Shown here: piece after piece, positions 59,542 to 64,000 of the stretch
Layout of the letters: every line of letters starts with the position of its first letter
Numbering within the stretch: position 1 is the stretch's first letter
NCBI GenBank assembly: GCA_963849405.1
Contig: CAWKHG010000001.1
Span: 215,513 to 279,512 of the forward strand
Reading direction: 5' to 3'
Source of the DNA: an uncultured Chloroflexia bacterium
GTDB taxonomy: Bacteria > Chloroflexota > Limnocylindria > Limnocylindrales > CSP1-4
Length of the DNA: 64,000 bases
Position numbers and translations under genes: made by a program
Notes under the pieces: generated by a model
What the model was told of the DNA's origin: nothing
The model's database searches: none
Seen by the model: only the letters and a program-made list of their open reading frames with translations

Positions 59542-60597
59542 CTAGCGCGAGTGGTGCTCGGCCTTGACGGCAAGCATCGCGGCGTCGGCGCGCTCGGTCA
59601 GCTGGTCGGCCGTCTCATCGGGCGCGAGCTCCGCGAGGCCGACGCTGATCCCGACATGGGCCTGCTGCTCGATGGCCGCCCCGATCACCTCGAAGCGACG
59701 GCCGGCCTCCTGGATGTCGGTCCCGATCAGCCCGCACACGAACTCGTCGCCCCCGTAGCGGATGATCGGATCGAAGGAGCGCAGGCGCATCCGGATCGCG
59801 TCGACCACCGTTTCCAGCACGTGGTCGCCGGCGGCATGGCCCTCGCGGTCGTTGACGTCCTTGAGCCCGTCCACGTCGACGAACGCCACGACGAACCGGC
59901 CGTCCGAGCGGCGCGCCCGGTCGATCTCGTGGGACAGGGCGAGCCGGCCCATGTCCCGGCGGTAGGCGCCCGTGAGATCGTCGAGATGGGCCGATCGGAG
60001 CTCGGCCTCGAGCCTGGCTCGTTCGCGGGCGGCATTCGCCCGGTCGATCGCCGCCCGGGCTCGATCGGCCGCCGCTCGTGCCCGGTCGGCCGCCGCCCGC
60101 GCGGCGAGCTCCTCGAGCTGCTGGAGGAGCGACGCGTCGGAGGTGTCCCGGGTCTGGGCCTCCACGGCGGCCCGCGCGTCACGGGTGCGACCGGCATCGT
60201 CCCGGGCCTCGGCGATCCTGTCGCGCTGGCGGGCCGTGGCGTCGCGATCCCGCGCCGTCGCGGCACGGGCCTGGCGGTGCAGCTCGCGCTGGAGGGCCAC
60301 GGTCTCGCGAAGCTCGCGCGAGGCGACATACGCGGACTCGTCGGCCGCGCTCACGCTGGACCGGGCGTCATGCTCGCGGTCGGCGGCGGCCTGGTCGTTC
60401 TCCGAGGCCCGCATGTCGCGCTCGGCGTCGCTCTGGTCGACCGCGGAGGCCGTCTGGTCGGCGTCGGAGGCCGTCTGGTCGGCGTCGGAGGCGGTCTGAT
60501 CGGCGTCGGCCGCCACCTGGTCTGCATCGATCGCCGCGCGAGCGTCGCCGATCGCCTTCCGGACATCGAACCGGGTCGGTCTAGCGCCGTTCTTCAT
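59542..60597 (-). CDS. diguanylate cyclase (GGDEF) with long N-terminal coiled-coil/repeat region
   Basis: C-terminal LTGAYRRDMG...FVVAFVDVDGLKDVNDREGHAAGDHVL...RYGGDEFVCGL. The N-terminal ~200 aa are Asp/Ala/Arg-rich heptad-like repeats. Start taken at MKNGARP. Confidence 0.85.
   Translation of the reverse strand: MKNGARPTRFDVRKAIGDARAAIDADQVAADADQTASDADQTASDADQTASAVDQSDAERDMRASENDQAAADREHDARSSVSAADESAYVASRELRETVALQRELHRQARAATARDRDATARQRDRIAEARDDAGRTRDARAAVEAQTRDTSDASLLQQLEELAARAAADRARAAADRARAAIDRANAARERARLEAELRSAHLDDLTGAYRRDMGRLALSHEIDRARRSDGRFVVAFVDVDGLKDVNDREGHAAGDHVLETVVDAIRMRLRSFDPIIRYGGDEFVCGLIGTDIQEAGRRFEVIGAAIEQQAHVGISVGLAELAPDETADQLTERADAAMLAVKAEHHSR
60445..60507. repeat. 21-bp tandem repeat (3 units, 2 identical) inside the GGDEF gene
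   Basis: GGAGGCCGTCTGGTCGGCGTC x2, then GGAGGCGGTCTGATCGGCGTC. Encodes (DADQTAS)x3 on the minus strand. A degenerate fourth unit follows. Confidence 0.85.
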
Positions 60598-60748
60598 CCA
60601 CCCCTCATGCGAACCATCGCGCGCGTCAGCCGTGCACGAGACACGTGCACCGTTGCAACGGTACGCCCGGGTCGGCGACGGCCGCATCGATGAAAACCCG
60701 GTATCGATAACGAGCCCGTATCGGGAAGGGCCTGAGAGATCCGCCGGG

Positions 60749-63085
60749 TCAGGGGATCGGCACGACCATCACGTACAGGCCGTCCTTGTCCGGGTACGTG
60801 CCCCTGGGACGCTTCCAGGGCAGGAAGTCGATCGACAGGTCGGCGACCTCCTTGAGCGTGTCCGGCTGGTCGGACGGGCCCCAGATCGAGGAGATCCGCG
60901 GCCACCAGACATCCTCGATGTAGATCCCCTCGACCTTGAACTTGTCGCTTACGGCCGGGTCGGCCGTGGACGTGAACCCGGACATGACCCAGGAGTGCGC
61001 GCCGCGCCAGGTCATCATCCCGACAGGGCGGTTGGTGAGGCGCATCTGGACCGCGGCCATCTGGACGGCGGCGCGGATCGTCGGCGAGGTCCGGACCTCG
61101 TAGTTGCCGTAACCGAGCTCGGCCAGGCCCATCGCCCAGCCCTCGGGCTCGACGGCGCCGTCCGGTGCGGGGGCGAGCGATCGGGCGAGGTTGAACACGC
61201 TGCGCTGGGTCTCCTTCGTCCGGTCGTTACCGGCGTCCATGATGTTCATCATGGTCTGCATGGCCGCCGGCACGCACCAGATGTCGGTGAACTCGCCGGC
61301 ATAGTCGCCACTCTCGTAGAGGTCCATCTCGAACGGACCCGGCGTGGGGGTCGGACCGAGGGACGCGGAGGGCGAGGGTCCGCCCGAGCCGCCGGGGCCT
61401 CCGCTCGGGCTCGGCTCGGACGTGGCCACGGCGCTCGGCGGCGGGCCGACCGATGGGGGTGGCGCCGACGGCCTCACCCGGGCAAATGGCGTGATGACCG
61501 GGGCGTACTGGAGGGTCGCCCCCGCGAGCGCGGCGTTCGTGGCATGGATGACGCCGATCGCCAGGCCGACCAGGGCGATGGACAGGACGACCGCGGCGAG
61601 CCGGCGGCCGAACGGTGTCCGGGGCCGCCATGGCGCGCCAGGCCCGGCCATGTCACGCGCCTGGGTCGCCTCCGCCGCCCGGCCGATGCGGGCCATCCGG
61701 GGCACGAGCGCGAAGGCCAGGATCGTCACCTTGAGGGCCATCCCGGCCGCGAAGCCAAGGGGCACGGCGGACAGCCCCGCCGTGGGTGCGAGGGACTCGG
61801 CCGCCAGCACGGTGGCCACGAACCCGGCGACGGATGCGATCGTCGGCAGGATCGTGTTGCGGGTGGCGTACAGCGCCCGGGCCAGGAGATGGGTCAGGCT
61901 CTCGAACGGGATGGCGAGGGCGAAGACACCGAGGATCGTCGCGGTCCGCGCCGTCGCCGGGTCGCTCAGGTCGCCGCCCAGGAAGATCGAGATGACCAGG
62001 CCGCCCGTGAAGAAGAGGACCACGGCTCCGGCGATCGTGAGCGCCGAGATCGTCAGCAAGTTGGTCGTGAACACCCGCCGGAACGTCGCCCGGTCGCCGG
62101 TCGCGAACGCCGACGAGAGGAGCGGGAACGCGGCGATCGCGAAGGACGCGCCGATGAGGCTGACGGGCACGCTCTCGAAGTTCCGGGCGACGCTGACGGA
62201 GCTGATGCTGCCGTCGTCGAACCGCGATGCCAGGGACGTGAAGTACAGGAACGTCAGCGGCTCGATCGGATGGCTGAGCATCTTGGGGGCCATCAGGACG
62301 AGGAAATCGCGCACCCCGCGGACCCGCAGGTGGAGCGTGGGGACCGGCCGGAACGGCGTTCGCCAGATGCCGATGAGCCGGATCGCCAGGTGCAGCAGAG
62401 CGCCCAGGATGGCCCCCACCGCCGCGCCGAAGATGCCGATCCGCTCGCCGAGCAGGAGCGTGCCGGCGACGATCCCGCCGTTGTAGAAGAGCGGCGCGAG
62501 CCCGTAGAACAGGAAGCGCCGTTCCGCCACGAGGATCTCGCCGAGCACGATCGAGGTCGCGAAGATGACCGGCGTGACGCACATGAGCCGGAACAGGTCG
62601 ACGTACAGGTCGCGCTCGGCGGCATCGAAGCCCGGGGCGATCAGGCTCACGGTCTGCGGCGCGAAGACGATGAGCACGAGCGACGTGAGGCCCATCACGC
62701 TCACCGCCAGCGTCAGGATCGAGCGACCGAACGCCCGGGCGGTCTCGGCCGCCTCCGCTCGCAGGCCCGTGAACAGCGGCACGAACGGCGCGACGAGGCC
62801 GCTGGCGACGAGCACGTCGAGGGCGAGCTCGGGCAGGATGAACGCCGCGTTGTAGGCGTCGAGCTCCTGGCCGAAGCCGAACGTCCGGACGAAGATCCGG
62901 TCGCGGACCAGGCCCATCGCGTAGCCCGCGAACGTGAGGATCGACAGGACGACCGCACCGGTCGGCAGGAATCGCACGGCGAACGCGAACACGCGCCGGG
63001 CGAGCGAGCTCGGGGGCGACGCGGGCGGCGGCGGGGCGGCGGGGGCCGGGGCCGTCGGGTTCAAGCTCTCCTCAGCGTGCGCCAC
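60749..63085 (-). CDS. murJ: lipid II flippase MurJ (MviN) fused to an extra TM, a Pro/Ser/Gly linker and a C-terminal papain-fold (C39-like) Cys/His domain
   Basis: MurJ core: AMGLVRDRIFVRTFGFGQELDAYNAAFILPELALDVLVASGLVAPFVPLF... and about 14 TMs. Then LAAVVLSIALVGLAIGVIHA, a PSAPPPSVGPPPS...GPTPTPGP linker, then FTDIWCVPAAMQTMMNIM...TWRGAHSWVMSGFTSTADPAV...IYIEDVWWP. Confidence 0.85.
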   Translation of the reverse strand: MAHAEESLNPTAPAPAAPPPPASPPSSLARRVFAFAVRFLPTGAVVLSILTFAGYAMGLVRDRIFVRTFGFGQELDAYNAAFILPELALDVLVASGLVAPFVPLFTGLRAEAAETARAFGRSILTLAVSVMGLTSLVLIVFAPQTVSLIAPGFDAAERDLYVDLFRLMCVTPVIFATSIVLGEILVAERRFLFYGLAPLFYNGGIVAGTLLLGERIGIFGAAVGAILGALLHLAIRLIGIWRTPFRPVPTLHLRVRGVRDFLVLMAPKMLSHPIEPLTFLYFTSLASRFDDGSISSVSVARNFESVPVSLIGASFAIAAFPLLSSAFATGDRATFRRVFTTNLLTISALTIAGAVVLFFTGGLVISIFLGGDLSDPATARTATILGVFALAIPFESLTHLLARALYATRNTILPTIASVAGFVATVLAAESLAPTAGLSAVPLGFAAGMALKVTILAFALVPRMARIGRAAEATQARDMAGPGAPWRPRTPFGRRLAAVVLSIALVGLAIGVIHATNAALAGATLQYAPVITPFARVRPSAPPPSVGPPPSAVATSEPSPSGGPGGSGGPSPSASLGPTPTPGPFEMDLYESGDYAGEFTDIWCVPAAMQTMMNIMDAGNDRTKETQRSVFNLARSLAPAPDGAVEPEGWAMGLAELGYGNYEVRTSPTIRAAVQMAAVQMRLTNRPVGMMTWRGAHSWVMSGFTSTADPAVSDKFKVEGIYIEDVWWPRISSIWGPSDQPDTLKEVADLSIDFLPWKRPRGTYPDKDGLYVMVVPIP

Positions 63086-63201
63086 CGGATCGTCGCTGTC
63101 ATGGGGCAGGGCGGCGGTCCGGGTCGACCACCAGACGCTCGGGCGGGTCCGCGCGCTGCGCCCGGCCGGCGCCGTTCACCGGTCCTGCGGATGGACGACC
63201 C

Positions 63202-64000
63202 TTACGGGATCACCACCACGTAGCGGTTCCGCCAGCCCTTCGGGATGTACGGGTCGCGGAACGGGGTGAGGTAGCGGGCGAAGCGGGAGACCGTCATCGT
63301 CACGTTCGGGGCGGGATCGTAGCCGTTGATCGCCGGCCGGACGCCGAACAGAGGGCCCTCGACGCTCACGCTCGTGACGACGTACTCGGACGTGACGGCA
63401 GGATCGGCCGTGGCCGTGAAGCCCGAGATCACCCAGACATGGACGCCGTGCATGACGAAGACGCTGGCCGGCCGGCCGGTCAGGCGGATCGCCCTGGCGG
63501 CCGCCCTGACGGCGTTCGTGTAGCCGGCCGCTGCAGCGATCCGGTAGTTCGGATGGACGTACTTCCGGAGCAGCGCCTGCATGCCGGCGGGATCGACTCC
63601 GGCGGCCCGTGGCGTGACGTACTGGTTGTGCGCCCGTCCATAGGCGTTGTACGCGCTCTGGTAGCGGAGCGAGTGGTCCTGCTGGTTGTAGACCATGTTG
63701 CGCATCATCTGGACCGATGCCGCGACGCACAGGCGCATCGTCGCCTGCTTGGAGTACGAGCCCGCCCGGTACACCGAAACGCCGCCCGTCCACTCGCCGA
63801 GGATCGTGACCGTGATCGTCGCCACGTCGGAGCCGGCCTCGTTCTCGACGGTCAGCGTGACCGTGTAGATCCCGGGTCGTCGTAGGTGTGCGTCGGATGC
63901 CGGCGGGTCGAGGTCGTGTCGCCGTCGCCGAAGGTCCATTTCCGGCTGTCGGGCTCGCCGGTCGATTCGTCGGCGAACGCCACTTCCTGGTCCTCGAAGT
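63202..64000 (-). CDS. PKD-domain protein with C-terminal papain-fold Cys/His domain (paralog of the MurJ C-terminus); 5' end beyond the window, frameshift near 63874
   Basis: PKD motif FADESTGEPDSRKWTFGDGDTTSTRRHPTHTYDDPG (one frame), then IYTVTLTVENEAGSDVATITVTI (frame of ORF 63202..63939). Then RLCVAASVQMMRNMV...VMHGVHVWVISGFTATADPAV... Confidence 0.8.
   Translation of the reverse strand, partial: LRGPGSGVRRRIDRRARQPEMDLRRRRHDLDPPASDAHLRRPGIYTVTLTVENEAGSDVATITVTILGEWTGGVSVYRAGSYSKQATMRLCVAASVQMMRNMVYNQQDHSLRYQSAYNAYGRAHNQYVTPRAAGVDPAGMQALLRKYVHPNYRIAAAAGYTNAVRAAARAIRLTGRPASVFVMHGVHVWVISGFTATADPAVTSEYVVTSVSVEGPLFGVRPAINGYDPAPNVTMTVSRFARYLTPFRDPYIPKGWRNRYVVVIP

Noticed and set aside
60445-60528. 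Tandem 21-bp repeats as a possible CRISPR-like or minisatellite array
   Set aside because: The units are contiguous with no spacers. They are in frame and encode heptad repeats of the GGDEF protein. There are no cas genes.
60632-63223. 863-aa plus-strand ORF
   Set aside because: Antisense to murJ with an Arg/Asp/Gly-rich nonsense composition. The minus-strand MurJ frame has clear family motifs.
58518-64000. RiPP/bacteriocin cluster (C39-like domains plus a Cys-rich protein)
   Set aside because: The C39-like domains are not attached to an ABC exporter. The Cys-rich protein is a 274-aa signal-peptide-bearing surface protein rather than a short leader-core precursor. There are no modification enzymes.

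Overview
Very GC-rich bacterial chromosome segment (third codon positions almost always G/C, GGAGG-type ribosome-binding sites, frequent GTG/TTG starts), consistent with an Actinomycetota- or Chloroflexota-like organism. Coding density is high; I support about 65 genes.

Gene content from left to right:
- A sugar-utilisation cluster: FGGY kinase, FAD-linked oxidase, GntR/HutC regulator, ABC sugar importer, SIS-domain enzyme.
- A membrane-anchored molybdopterin oxidoreductase.
- Two paralogous GAF-histidine-kinase / OmpR-regulator pairs around a small Cys protein and a MOSC protein.
- An APC-family permease divergent from an N-terminally truncated KdpD/KdpE-like pair.
- An orphan Flp pilin.
- amtB and gltB.
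- A run of small stress- and membrane-protein genes with a topoisomerase IB cassette.
- An ABC-2 exporter operon.
- A metal block: efeUOB, a NiCoT transporter and a Fur-family regulator.
- A cell-envelope block: XRE regulator, Cys-rich repeat surface protein, GGDEF cyclase, MurJ fused to a papain-fold Cys/His domain, and a PKD protein carrying a paralog of that domain.

I found no rRNA, tRNA, CRISPR array, transposase, integrase or obvious defence genes.

At least 21 conserved genes or gene parts change reading frame through apparent 1-nt indels. Many long ORFs in the six-frame track are therefore chimeras or antisense artefacts, and gene ends are less certain than usual.

The most interesting candidates for something undescribed:
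- the MurJ / PKD paired Cys-His domain module;
- the three-gene small-protein plus topoisomerase IB cassette, with an MCLTCGC motif;
- a recurrent TTGC-N8/9-GCAA operator motif linking the Fur-family regulator to NiCoT, efeUOB and a response-regulator / iron-permease unit;
- the KdpDE-like system paired with an APC permease instead of kdpFABC.
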